64,000 nucleotides of DNA from Octopus sinensis. Its lineage: Eukaryota. The notes under the pieces were generated by a model, which was not told the DNA's origin, made no database searches, and saw nothing but the letters and a program-made list of their open reading frames with translations. This document shows positions 12,860 through 24,018 of the stretch, piece by piece. The stretch spans positions 131,192,001-131,256,000 of the forward strand of contig NC_043000.1 in NCBI RefSeq assembly GCF_006345805.1, in the 5' to 3' direction. Numbering within the stretch: the stretch's first letter is position 1; the number at the start of each line of letters is the position of its first letter. A program made the translations under genes and the position numbers.

Positions 12860-13148
12860 TTTCTTTTGCTGGACGCAAATCTCATTTGCGAACCCGTGGA
12901 AAACGAACCTCCACCTATATGTCTGTGCACACCTTTGAATGCAGTGTATGCCAGAAGGTTTGCAAATCCAACGGAGGCCTCAAAAGATATTTTAAGATCC
13001 ACAAAGAGCAGAACTTATCTCAGCTCTTGGTGGTCCAAATCGGAGGTGCAATCTATGTGGGTGCCTTTTCAGAACATCGTCTGGTTTAAAAAGCCACATC
13101 AGATGCCATGATGGTTCTAAACTGAAGGTACAGGAGGCAGGCAACCAC

Positions 13149-13150
<2 letters not shown>
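12860..13150 (+). mobile_element. Probable RTE/BovB-like LINE C-terminus with tandem C2H2 fingers
   Basis: AGRKSHLRT, FECSVCQKVCKSNGGLKRYFKIH, CNLCGCLFRTSSGLKSHIRCH (frameshifted). Confidence 0.5.
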
Positions 13151-13179
<29 letters not shown>

Positions 13180-13204
13180 CTATACAATATGTTACATTAC
13201 TCGG

Positions 13205-13278
13205 TAGCCAAGATAAAACTCTGAGTTTCAGATGCCGAAGTGGAAATCCACAACACCATCTCTTCGGTTATCTGGCTA
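13205..13278 (-). ncRNA. Hammerhead-like motif, left-arm copy (stem I without the mismatch seen in the other copies)
   Basis: Reverse complement of 14957-15030 with tggcta instead of tgacta. Confidence 0.65.
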
Positions 13279-13898
13279 TTTGAAAACGTTATGAAAAAAT
13301 ACCGTTAAAAATGAAGGGAAATTACTCTGTTATAATTCTGCTTTGCCTGCGTACTTATACATCGCTCGCATTTTTCGTCATAAAAATTATATAAAAATAC
13401 ATAAAAATATATAAAAATATATAAAAATATATAAAATCTTCTTGGGACATAACACAGAAAGCATGTTCTATCCGTTTTCTTTAGGGGACCAAAAACGTAA
13501 CAGAAATTTAGTCACATGTGGGCATGATCCGAAAAGCTCTGTCCTTGTATTTAGACATGTGGTAGGGTCTAAGCTGCTTTTCCAGATAAGCCATCTCTCC
13601 ATGTCGCATAAACCGCACCTTCCGCTGCCGTTAGTATAGGGCTTACATCTGGCCAAAATCTTCCATTGTATGTTATAATCGACACCTTTATCTCTTAAAG
13701 ACCAAATATGATTGGATAATTGTGTCGCTTTTCTTTTGTTCCAGTGCCTAAAGCTCAAAGTGTGGTTATTGAACCTGGCCTTGAAATTACCCTCTGTCAG
13801 GCCCACGTATTTCTTCGTCGAAACGGTGTCTTTAGTGGTTATAGAGTTTACGGTAGCTTCATATATGATGGTCTTGGACATGCAAGCTCCATTTAGTA

Positions 13899-14747
13899 TT
13901 CAAAAATTTAGTTAAAAATATTAGTAAGAGGATTTCTAGCCTCTCATCTAATGAGGACATCTTCAATAGCGTTGCCCCAGTTTATAATAAAGCTTTAAAA
14001 GATAGTGGTTTTAGCGAAAAAATAAAATATACACCTATCACCAGCCCAACAATAAGGAAAAGGAATAATAGAAATAGGAAGGTCATCTGGTTTACGCCCC
14101 CTTACTCACCCGAGGTGGCCTTCAATATAGGTAAATATTTCCTAGCACTGATAGATAGACATTTTCCAGTTAACCATGCTTATAGGAAACTCTTTAATAG
14201 ACACAATTTAAAAATTAGTTTTAGTTCAACTACCAATTTTAAAAACATAATCAATCATAACATACAAAAAACACAAGAAGAAAACAGCTGTTCATGCAGG
14301 AATAAAGAATTGTGCCCGCTAAATGGAGCTTGCATGTCCAAGACCATCATATATGAAGCTACCGTAAACTCTATAACCACTAAAGACACCGTTTCGACGA
14401 AGAAATACGTGGGCCTGACAGAGGGTAATTTCAAGGCCAGGTTCAATAACCACACTTTGAGCTTTAGGCACTGGAACAAAAGAAAAGCGACACAATTATC
14501 CAATCATATTTGGTCTTTAAGAGATAAAGGTGTCGATTATAACATACAATGGAAGATTTTGGCCAGATGTAAGCCCTATACTAACGGCAGCGGAAGGTGC
14601 GGTTTATGCGACATGGAGAGATGGCTTATCTGGAAAAGCAGCTTAGACCCTACCACATGTCTAAATACAAGGACAGAGCTTTTCGGATCATGCCCACATG
14701 TGACTAAATTTCTGTTACGTTTTTGGTCCCCTAAAGAAAACGGATAG
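13899..14747 (+). CDS. Penelope-like ORF C-terminus: RT thumb plus GIY-YIG endonuclease (5'-truncated, no stops)
   Basis: Manual translation is open from 13899: KRISSLSSNEDIF...VIWFTPPYS...NIGKYFLALIDRHFP...IIYEATV...KYVGLTEGNFKARFNNH...CGLCDMERWLI...LNTRTELFGSCPHVTKFLL. Confidence 0.9.
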   Translation, partial: FKNLVKNISKRISSLSSNEDIFNSVAPVYNKALKDSGFSEKIKYTPITSPTIRKRNNRNRKVIWFTPPYSPEVAFNIGKYFLALIDRHFPVNHAYRKLFNRHNLKISFSSTTNFKNIINHNIQKTQEENSCSCRNKELCPLNGACMSKTIIYEATVNSITTKDTVSTKKYVGLTEGNFKARFNNHTLSFRHWNKRKATQLSNHIWSLRDKGVDYNIQWKILARCKPYTNGSGRCGLCDMERWLIWKSSLDPTTCLNTRTELFGSCPHVTKFLLRFWSPKENG

Positions 14748-14956
14748 AACATGCTTTCTGTGTTATGTCCCAAGAAGATTTTATATATTTTTATATATTT
14801 TTATATATTTTTATATATTTTTATATATTTTTATGTATTTTTATATAATTTTTATGACGAAAAATGCGAGCGATGTATAAGTACGCAGGCAAAGCAGAGT
14901 TATAACAGAGTAATTTCCCTTCATTTTTAACGGTATTTTTTCATAACGTTTTCAAA

Positions 14957-15030
14957 TAGCCAGATAACCGAAGAGATGGTGTTGTGGATTTCCACTTCGG
15001 CATCTGAAACTCAGAGTTTTATCTTGACTA
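14957..15030 (+). ncRNA. Type I hammerhead ribozyme-like motif (CCGAAGA core) in the PLE pLTR
   Basis: Stem I tagcca-gataa/ttatc-t-tgacta; core CCGAAGA; stem II gatg/catc with inner gtgg/ccac hairpin; GAAA; stem III act/agt; GUU triplet. Confidence 0.65.
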
Positions 15031-15120
15031 CCGAGTAATGTAACATATTGTATAGATAAATTTCCTCTATTTACATAATATTGAGGTCTCTTTCTTTCTT
15101 TTGTTATCTTACCGTTTTAT

Positions 15121-15160
<40 letters not shown>

Positions 15161-15296
15161 TTATACACACACACACAACACATACACACACACATATTTA
15201 GGATCTAAATTAAAGGAATTGAAAAGTCTGAGTTGCTCCCTAATGACTAAAAGATGTAAAAGGTAGAAGATATATATATATATATATATATATAGG

Positions 15297-15682
15297 TACA
15301 GGAGGCTGTGTGGTAAGTAGCTTGCTTACCAACCACATGGTTCCGGCTTCAGTTCCACTGCGTGGCACATTGGGTAAGTGTCTTCTACTATAGCCTCGGG
15401 CCGACCAATGCCTTGTGAGTGGATTTGGTTGATGGAAACTGAAAGAAGCTCGTCGTATATGCGTAGATGTATATGTATGTGTGTGTGTGTTTGTGTGTCA
15501 GTTTGTCCCCCCACCAAACATTGCTTGACAACTGATGCTGGTGTGTTAACGTCCCCATAATTTAGTGGTTCGGCAAAAAGAGACCGATAGCATAAGTACT
15601 AGGCTTACAAAGAATAAGTCCTGGGGTCGATTTGCTCAACTAAAAGCGGTGCTCAAGCATGGCCACAGTCAAGAGTAAAGAG
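15297..15682 (+). mobile_element. SINE family A
   Basis: Full-length match. Confidence 0.9.
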
Positions 15683-15840
15683 TGTATATATATATATATA
15701 TATATATAAATAATCAGAAAACGGAGAAAATCTCAGACCAGCAAACAAATCAATTGGACCACATCAATAGCTCATTAATTAATACAAAACATTACATGAC
15801 ATTTATGTGAGATAAATGTTATGTAATGTTTTATATTAAA

Positions 15841-16357
15841 CTAGCAGTATCGCCCGGCGTTGCTCGGGTTTCTAAGGGAAATAACTATATAAGCATTTTT
15901 AGAGAGTTACTTCCTTTATAGATGCCAATTCGGGCTTTCTTAGCCATTTCTGTTTTGGTGTCTTCAAGCCATGAAGTCGTTGTTCTAAAAGAACGCTGGT
16001 CTCCTTGACAACGCATTACGACGTTGATTTCTTTACACTCCCTTCCCCACAGCTTCACGAGGGAGGGAAGAAGGGCGAGAAGCAAACACAGGTGCAGGTG
16101 TTTGAGCGTGGACGCCAACTCCGCCGCCATCGACACACGAAAAATTATGCATTAAAATGAAATAAAAAATTATGTTAAATTATTTTTAAAATCGTGGACT
16201 CATCGTTGACGCGCGCTAATAGCCAGACGGGCTCGATATGAATCACGACTATAAGATACCCGAATTTGGTTAAACTGCACCGCAAAATGTGGGAGGAGTT
16301 AGGAATCTAAATCGAAGGGGACAGACACTCACACAACTAGAGTTTTATATATATAGA
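15841..16357 (-). mobile_element. Non-autonomous Helitron, family H1
   Basis: A^TC 5' end, 3' hairpin cccgagcaacgccggg, CTAG^T 3' end. Confidence 0.9.
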
Positions 16358-16854
16358 TAATAATCTATAGATGTGGTCCAATTTGCCGATCTGAGGTTTT
16401 ATTCGTTTTCTGATTATATATATTTGACTCCTGATAAACTTTTGTTTATTCTGTTGTTACCTGTACCCTACGAGCTGAGTGTGCCTGCATACCCATACCC
16501 AGAAATAACACGGGTAACTGACACTGAAAGTATATACGGATATTTTATCACTTAGTTATTATAACCACTAACTTTGCTAGCCTTTATATATATTGGAGTA
16601 AAAGATAAGTTATGATTTTATTTTTCATTAATATTGTTATATTTTATTCGAATTAATTTTAATAGTATCGATTTTATTATTATCACTTTAAAGATATAGT
16701 CACAAAACGCGCGTAGTTAATTTAATATTTAATTTAGTGATTTTTTGAATAATATTTATTATAGAATATTTAAATTTTTCCTATATAATATGGATAATGT
16801 GTTTCACTATTGAATTACGTAATAGAGGTTATTTCTCTAAATTATATACATATA

Positions 16855-17245
16855 TACTCTTTTACTCTTTTACTTGTTTCAGTCATTTGACTGCGGCCAT
16901 GCTGGAGCACCACTTTTAATCGAACAACTCAACCCCGGGACTTATTCTTTTTGTAAGCCCAGTACTTATTCTATCGGTCTCTTTTGCTGAACCGCCAAGT
17001 AACGGGGACATAAACACACCAGCATCGGTTGTCAAGCAATGCTAGGGGGACAAACACAGACACACAAACACACATACATATATATATATATACATATATA
17101 TGACAGGCTTCTTTCAGTTTCCGTCTACCAAATCCACTCACAAGGCATTGGTCGGCCCGGGGCTATAGCAGAAGACACTTGCCCAAGATGCCACGCAGTG
17201 GGACTGAACCCGGAACCATGTGGTTGGTTAGCAAGCTACTTACCA
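16855..17245 (-). mobile_element. SINE family A
   Basis: Full-length match. Confidence 0.9.
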
Positions 17246-17501
17246 CACAGCCACTCCTGTGCCTATATGTATATAATATTATATAACTTTGATAGGTTTC
17301 GGCCAGTATAGGCCCACGCCATATGTATATTATATATATCTTTATATGTCTTCTATTTTTTACTTCTTTTAGTAATTAGGGTGCAGTTAGGATGCGGCTC
17401 TCTTTTCAATTTCTTTAATTTAGATCTTAAATATGTGTGTGTGTGTGTTTTGTGTGTATATATATATATATATATACAATATATATATATATATAAATAT
17501 A

Positions 17502-17862
17502 TCTATACAATATGTTACATTACTCGGTAGTCAAGATAAAACTCTGAGTTTCAGATGCCGAAGTGGAAATCCACAACACCATCTCTTCGGTTATCTGGCT
17601 ATTTGAAAACGTTATGAAAAAATACCGTTAAAAATGAAGGGAAATTACTCTGTTATAACTCTGCTTTGCCTGTGTACTTATACATCGCTCGCATTTTTCG
17701 TCATAAAAATTATATAAAAATACATAAAAATATATAAAAATATATAAAAATATATAAAATCTTCTTGGGACATTACACAGAAAGCATGTTCTATCCGTTT
17801 TCTTTAGGGGACCAAAAACGTAACAGAAATTTAGTCACATGTGGGCATGATCCGAAAAGCTC
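17502..17862 (-). mobile_element. Solo pseudo-LTR/3' end of the same Penelope family, inserted in (TA)n
   Basis: Near-identical to 13179-13540, with TA repeats on both sides. Confidence 0.9.
17528..17601 (-). ncRNA. Hammerhead-like motif, solo-pLTR copy
   Basis: Same sequence as 14957-15030. Confidence 0.62.
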
Positions 17863-17865
17863 CGA

Positions 17866-17913
17866 AATATATATATCTAATATGTATGTGTGTATATATA
17901 TACACAAACACAT

Positions 17914-17958
<45 letters not shown>

Positions 17959-18081
17959 GTATATGTATGTATGTATGTATATATATACACATACATACAT
18001 ACATGTATATATATATATAATGTATATGTATGTATGTATGTATATATATACACATACATACATACATACATGTATATATAT

Positions 18082-18119
<38 letters not shown>

Positions 18120-18120
18120 A
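17866..18120. repeat. Compound TA/TG/TACA microsatellite
   Basis: Directly visible. Confidence 0.95.
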
Positions 18121-18358
18121 AAGAGAGACAGAGAGAGAAATGCAAGTACACATATAGCGTTCCTTTGGAAATGGTATAATATATATACACACAGCTGTGA
18201 GCATGGTGTGTGTGAGTGTGTGTGTTGTGTAATTGTATATGTGTGCGTACATGTCTGTGTGTGCATGCGTGTGACTACGTATGAGCTTGTGTATATGTAG
18301 TTGTATTTTAGTAACGTAATGTTTTAGCATAGAAATGCCGCTTTCATTAATTTATAGC

Positions 18359-18394
<36 letters not shown>

Positions 18395-18397
<3 letters not shown>

Positions 18398-18541
18398 TCT
18401 TTTACTTGTTTCAGTCATTTGACTGCGGCCATGCTGGAGCACCGCCTTTAGTCGAGCAACTCGACCCCGGGACTTATTCTTTGTAAGCCCAGTACTTATT
18501 CTATCGGTCTCTTTTGCCGAACCGCTAAGTGACGGGGACAT
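18395..18541 (-). mobile_element. SINE family A, tail half
   Basis: Match ends at the internal microsatellite. Confidence 0.85.
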
Positions 18542-18928
18542 ACATATATATACATACATACATACATATATACACATACATATATACTTGTATACATAGA
18601 CATATATACATATACATATATAAACACACACAAAATACGCACACAAATACATATACATAATTACGAACGTATACATACAAACATTTAAGGCATATATAAA
18701 CCGAACTTGTCTCACAAGTATGTTCTCACTATGAATATTAATAAATGAAATAAACATGAAATAAAGATTCTAAGTCCACATTATATATATATATACACAC
18801 ACATTCAATTTATTGAATATTTATATATTTGATGATAGTGACATGATATGTACAACTGAGTTTAATGTCTGTTAGCATGGATTTGTTTAAAAAACTGAAA
18901 TGGAATTAATTAAATTGTATTGTCAGCA

Positions 18929-19927
18929 TCAAACATCACAGTCATCACCCAGGGAAGTCTTTAATTCACTGGGAGTTCGAAGTTCTACGCAAAACTGCTG
19001 GTTTTCCAAACCTTCTTTTTTCAGTTTTTCCAGCTGTAGTTTGAAAGCGGCAGCTAAAGAAACAACCATTTTACGGGCACTTACCGGAGAATCGCAGAGA
19101 AAAGCATGGCATTCAGCAACGTAATTCCTGGAAGATAGTTCTTTGACTAAAATATAAGAAAAAACTCGCCAGTACTTGATATCTTGTACACAGTAGGATA
19201 TTGACTCTAAAGAACAGTCCTTTAGATCGTCGACTCCTTTCACTTGGTTCAAAGGATGTTCCTTAAAATGCATGCCTTTCGTTGATACGATTATGTACTT
19301 CAATGGTAATTCGATATCTCCCGAAGAATCAACTTTTTTCAATATTGTTTTCATCATGTTATCCACGTGCTTCTTCGTTACTCGTGCTCCGACTAAATTT
19401 GTACAATTTCTCTTACCCAGGTATTTAGCAACGAACAGTTGAGGAAGTTTGTTTATTTTCACACTTGAAAGTTCTGCAAAGGAAGACTTTCTTCGTCGCG
19501 GTGGGGGTTCATCCTTCTTGGAATTCCTCAGTTTGTCAATCGGTGCTCGTATCTTCTTTGCAACAGAAGACATCATGAAGCCCATGTTTTTGAAAGATCC
19601 TTCTAAAGATATCATTTTCGATTTTCCATCATTAGACTTATTCGAAGATTCAGATTCGTTCGTTACTGAATTATTATCGTCAGAGTTAAATTTATCTGAA
19701 GCCATGCTATCAGAATCTTGACAACTGGAGCCGTTTTCAGTGAAAACCTCACAGTAAACATCATCAGTCCAATCTGTGAAAGTCACCGATTTATCAACAG
19801 TTTTGTTGTCGTCTGATAATGAATTTCTCACTAAATTTTCCACTGAAATATCTTCTTCGAATATACCCTCCATCAGATCTCGGTGTTCTCGAGAAAATCC
19901 ATCCAAACTGCTCCCACCAACAGCCAT
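18929..19927 (-). CDS. Intronless PTB/PID-domain adaptor protein (FAM43/LDLRAP1-ARH-like), 332 aa
   Basis: Uninterrupted ATG-to-TGA ORF. The C-terminal half has PTB hallmarks (FVAKYLG, IIVSTKGM, SISYCVQD, RVFSYI, AECHAFLCDS, LAAAF); the N-terminal half is acidic/Ser-rich low complexity. Confidence 0.88.
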   Translation of the reverse strand: MAVGGSSLDGFSREHRDLMEGIFEEDISVENLVRNSLSDDNKTVDKSVTFTDWTDDVYCEVFTENGSSCQDSDSMASDKFNSDDNNSVTNESESSNKSNDGKSKMISLEGSFKNMGFMMSSVAKKIRAPIDKLRNSKKDEPPPRRRKSSFAELSSVKINKLPQLFVAKYLGKRNCTNLVGARVTKKHVDNMMKTILKKVDSSGDIELPLKYIIVSTKGMHFKEHPLNQVKGVDDLKDCSLESISYCVQDIKYWRVFSYILVKELSSRNYVAECHAFLCDSPVSARKMVVSLAAAFKLQLEKLKKEGLENQQFCVELRTPSELKTSLGDDCDV

Positions 19928-20724
19928 TACTTAAAAATCTAATTAAATTTTCCAAGTCTTGATTGTCTTTTTGTTTCTAATTATTCTTTTTTGCTTTCCC
20001 GCCACTTATTAATCTATTTTCCTTCTTCAGGATAGAGTGAATGAAGGAGTTTGAAGGATAATAAAAAATCAAAGTTACTGTAGCGAGGACACGTCTACAC
20101 AAAATGAAACATGAAATAGATTTTAACTCTTAAATGTATTTGTCAAATAACTAAACAGGTTTGGTCAGGTTCAACAGATAACTATATAAATAGATTTTTT
20201 CCTATTACAAACAATTCAGTCAATCTTTGTTCGGATATAAGGAGAAAATATGAAAGACTGCAACATGCATTTATAGTAGAAAGGTACTGCTTGAATCGTT
20301 TTCGCATGAATTGTTATAATCACATTTATGTATGGATGAAAATATATAAATAATGTATGTTTTATATGTGTATAAAATATATATGGCTAAACTAGTAATT
20401 GTCTTCAGTTCAGCTGTGGCTGACGAGGTGTATACTCACCAAAATATTTAAATTGCGCGAAGTATTTTGTGGGAAATATTCCTATTTTCTTTAAGCGGTA
20501 TATTTTATGTTCTGTCTTCTCATTCGTATTATTTACATAGATATAAAACCAAAGTTCCGACTATCTGTGATGTCATTGCAAACCTTCAGTGGTTAAATAT
20601 CACACTTCAATTAACTAAAATTGTAATGCCTGGGTTAATGTGCGTGGTTCAATTATATAAGGTGTGTGTGCGCGCGTAGACAGCTCTGTGCTGATATGCA
20701 TACACAAACATGCACAAAGGTGAT

Positions 20725-21249
20725 GTTGATGATGATGATGATGATGATTTCATTTATTTACCACCAGAGCGAAGGATAGGGGGAACAAAAACAGACGTAA
20801 AGTGCGAGGGTTTACATATAATGAAATGATAAGATAAATAAATGAACAAAAGGAAGACAGTAAGTATACATGGTAAACAATGAAAAGGAAGAGAAATATA
20901 CAGGTTATACAGAAGCTTAAAATAGTGGGGGATGATGGAAGTGTAGTCTTCCTGGTACAGGATGACCTCTAGGAATAATTGAGGAACCCCACTGTCGAAG
21001 ATCTCCTGAACACCAAGGGCAAGTGCTCTCTCCAATTTCCTGTCTCCGACTCACAGGTCTACACAGAGAGATACCATCCACTCTTAGCACTTTCGCAAGT
21101 TTCACCCGCTTTTCAATAAACTCAGTCGAGGACAGCACTTCCCACTGCATACTCAGTTTCCTTTTGAAGTGAAACTTGAAGTCAATGAGACCTCTACCAA
21201 AGAGGGATGTATTAGTCCACATGCCTTTCAGCCTCGTCCACCAGATCAA
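20725..21249 (-). mobile_element. Tx1/L1-clade LINE 3' fragment
   Basis: IWWTRLKG...FKFHFKRKL...F.EK.V C-terminal pattern; 3' UTR ending AATAAA then (ATC)n. Confidence 0.55.
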
Positions 21250-21254
21250 TAAGA

Positions 21255-22258
21255 AGAAGAAGACGACTACGTGGAGTTAGCTAGAGTAGATATAGACTTC
21301 TATGTAGGTAATAGCGGAGAAAGTTTATTAAAAGCTGCTAGAGTCACATCAAAACAGGGAAACCAAAAACCCAAGCGAACTTAAAAATCAGTAAAAAGAA
21401 CAGAAATTATCTGACTGGCAGGAGAAGGCGTTGCATGGTAGATTCCCAAAGATAGTTGCAGCAACTATCTTATTAGTGAGACATGGCTATGGTTGCAGAA
21501 AAGAAAGCTAAATACGGGAACAGAAAGGTTGCTAGTAGTTGCTTAAGATCAAGCATTAAGGACTAATTTGATACAAGCCAAGATAGACAAAAACCTAGTA
21601 GATTCCCGATGTAGGTTATGCAAATCAAAAGAGGAAAGCGCTACTCATATAGTAAGTGAATGTAGCATGCTGGCACAGAAAGACTGTAAGAAAAGACATG
21701 ACAACCTTGGGTAAGTAATCCACTGGGAGTTAGGTAGATAGTTAGGATTTGAACATGCCAATTTATGGTAGGAATATGAACCTGGTAAAGTACTAGAAAG
21801 TAAGAAATACAAGATGTTATGGGACTTTAACATTCAGACTGACAGAGTAATAGAAGTCAGAAGGCCTGATTTAGTAGTAGTAGATAAAGAGAATAGAAAG
21901 TGCCGAATAATTGACTTTACAGTAGCAAATGATTAAAAAATCAATATGAGAGGTATAGAAAAAATAGCAAAGTATCAGGACCTAGCCATTGAATTACAGA
22001 GACTAAGGAAAGTGCGGGTAAAATGTATTCCAGTAGGTGCATTGGGAACTATCCCTAAAGATCTGAACAGATGTGTAGAGGAAATAGGTATAAAACCCAG
22101 TTTAGTTCAGCTCCAGAAAACAGTGTTATTAGGGATAGCTAGGATACTTAGGAGGGTTCTTGGCATCTAAGTTTACTTGTTGCCCGATGTTAGGATTTTT
22201 TTCTTTTCCAACAGTCTAATCTGTTGTGTTTATATGAAAATGGTAATAATTATATTAA
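21255..22258 (+). mobile_element. R4/Dong/Rex6-type non-LTR 3' fragment with CCHC knuckle and restriction-like endonuclease
   Basis: AAQDQALRTN, CRLCKSKEESATHIVSEC, RHDNLG, LWDFNIQTDRVIEVRRPDLVVVDK, EKIAKYQDLAIEL, GALGTIP, LQKTVLLG.ARILRRVL; several stops. Confidence 0.88.
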
Positions 22259-22740
22259 TAGGCAACTCGACGTGAAGAAAATTTTAACTGGACCCCACCT
22301 GCAAGGTCATGAGCTGTTTATCTTGATATGAGATCACCATATCGCGGACATATGGTTGTTATGCATATGCCTGGTATACCCTTATCAGACGGGTAGTTAT
22401 GATGTGTATATTGGACTTCGTATATTTGTACCCCAGTGTCACTTTGATGGTATGCGCTGCTCACTCACCAGTGTACATTGTTTTGTCTTTGTATAAAAAA
22501 TGGGTTACAACATTTATTCTGCTCAATATCACAGGGGTGGGAAAGCATCATAGCCATATAGTGAGAAGAATTCTTTGGGAGTTTGGATAATTCATCTCTG
22601 GAAACATGGGTGTTTCGTTCAACATCCTTAAACAAACCTTATTCAGGGAACTTTTGAATGGGTATATTGGGCTTCGTATATTTTACCGCAGTGTCCCTTC
22701 TATGGCATGCACTGCTCTCTCGCTCAATAATAATAATAAT

Positions 22741-22951
22741 CCTTTCTACTATAGGTACAAGGCCTGAAATTTTGGGGAGGGATATAGTCGATTAGAGCAA
22801 CTCCAGTACGCAACTGTTACTTAGCTTATCGACCCCGAAAGGATGAAATGTAAAGTCAACCTCGGTGGAATTTGAACTCAGAACTTAGCGACGGGCAAAA
22901 TCCAGCTAAACATTTTATCCGGCACGCTAACGATTCAGCCAGCTAACCGCT
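22741..22951 (-). mobile_element. SINE family B, alternative-tail subfamily
   Basis: Same head and core with a different 3' tail; related copies at 23135-23280 (+) and 24270-24430 (-). Confidence 0.75.
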
Positions 22952-22952
22952 T

Positions 22953-22953
22953 A

Positions 22954-23028
<75 letters not shown>

Positions 23029-23036
23029 CATAATAA
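22953..23036. repeat. (TAA)n microsatellite
   Basis: Directly visible; another at 24430-24532. Confidence 0.98.
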
Positions 23037-23981
23037 CTAGCTGGACCCGTGAAAAATTCAAGGAAAACATAAAAAATGTAAGCATCTGTAAACAGTGTAC
23101 TGGTGCCATGAGAAATGTTTGTATATTATGACCGTCTGTCTTTACGTTCTGAGTTCAAATTCTGCAGAGATCGGCTTTGCCTTCCGTCCTTTCGGATCGA
23201 TACATTAAGTATCAATTGTGTACTGGGGTAGATCTAATCAACTGGCCCCCTCACCACAAAAAATTCAGACCTAGAAAAGGATATTATGACAGTTATAGAA
23301 TATAGAAAGTAATGTAACACCAATGACTATATAATCCAACCAAAATATCTCAGTTACACAAACGTAAACGGAATTACTATTTAACCTTAAAATACATCGT
23401 ACATATTCAAAGAACCTTAATGTACAAATTGATATGCAAAAGAACGAAATAATATATGGATTTATGAATGAAAATTTGGTAATTGCGTTTATTTCCACCA
23501 CATGACACTTATTATTGCAAACATGTTTTGACTAACCTAAACTACACACACATACACACACACACAAATACATTCATATATGTGTGTGCGTGTGTGTGTG
23601 GAATTGTAGCTGTAATTCAAAGGGGCCAGCCTTGTCATATTCTGTGTCAAGCTGAATCTCCCTGAGAACTACGTTAATGTTATGCATGTCTATGGAGTAC
23701 TCAGCTATTTGTGAGTCAATTTTATTCTCGTGTGGTAATGAAAAGTGAAATTGACATTCAATATTTGCTGTGTGTATGTATCTATTTGAACTTTTCTTTG
23801 GATTTATGTATCTACTGTCTCTCTCACTTCCTCTCTTTCTCTTTCACTTCCTTTGTATCCCTCTTCTCTCCCGCTTTTGATTTAATAATGTGAATATGTA
23901 TCTATGTATCTACTTCTCTTGCGATGTGATAAACATTTAAAAACACAAAACGAACGCAGTCACCACTCACTGTCTCTTTTA

Positions 23982-24018
<37 letters not shown>

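Larger units (their letters stand above)
13179..15056 (+). mobile_element. Young 5'-truncated Penelope-like retroelement with an inverted copy of its 3' end (left arm 13179-13896 on -, right arm 14319-15056 on +)
   Basis: Arms are near-identical reverse complements. The central part plus the right arm encode the PLE RT thumb and GIY-YIG endonuclease. Confidence 0.93.

Noticed and set aside
13468-13881. 137-aa GIY-YIG ORF on the - strand
   Set aside because: Inverted duplicate of the PLE 3' end, not a separate gene.
23037-23070. CTAG plus imperfect hairpin resembling a Helitron 3' end
   Set aside because: No matching 5' TC end and no second copy.
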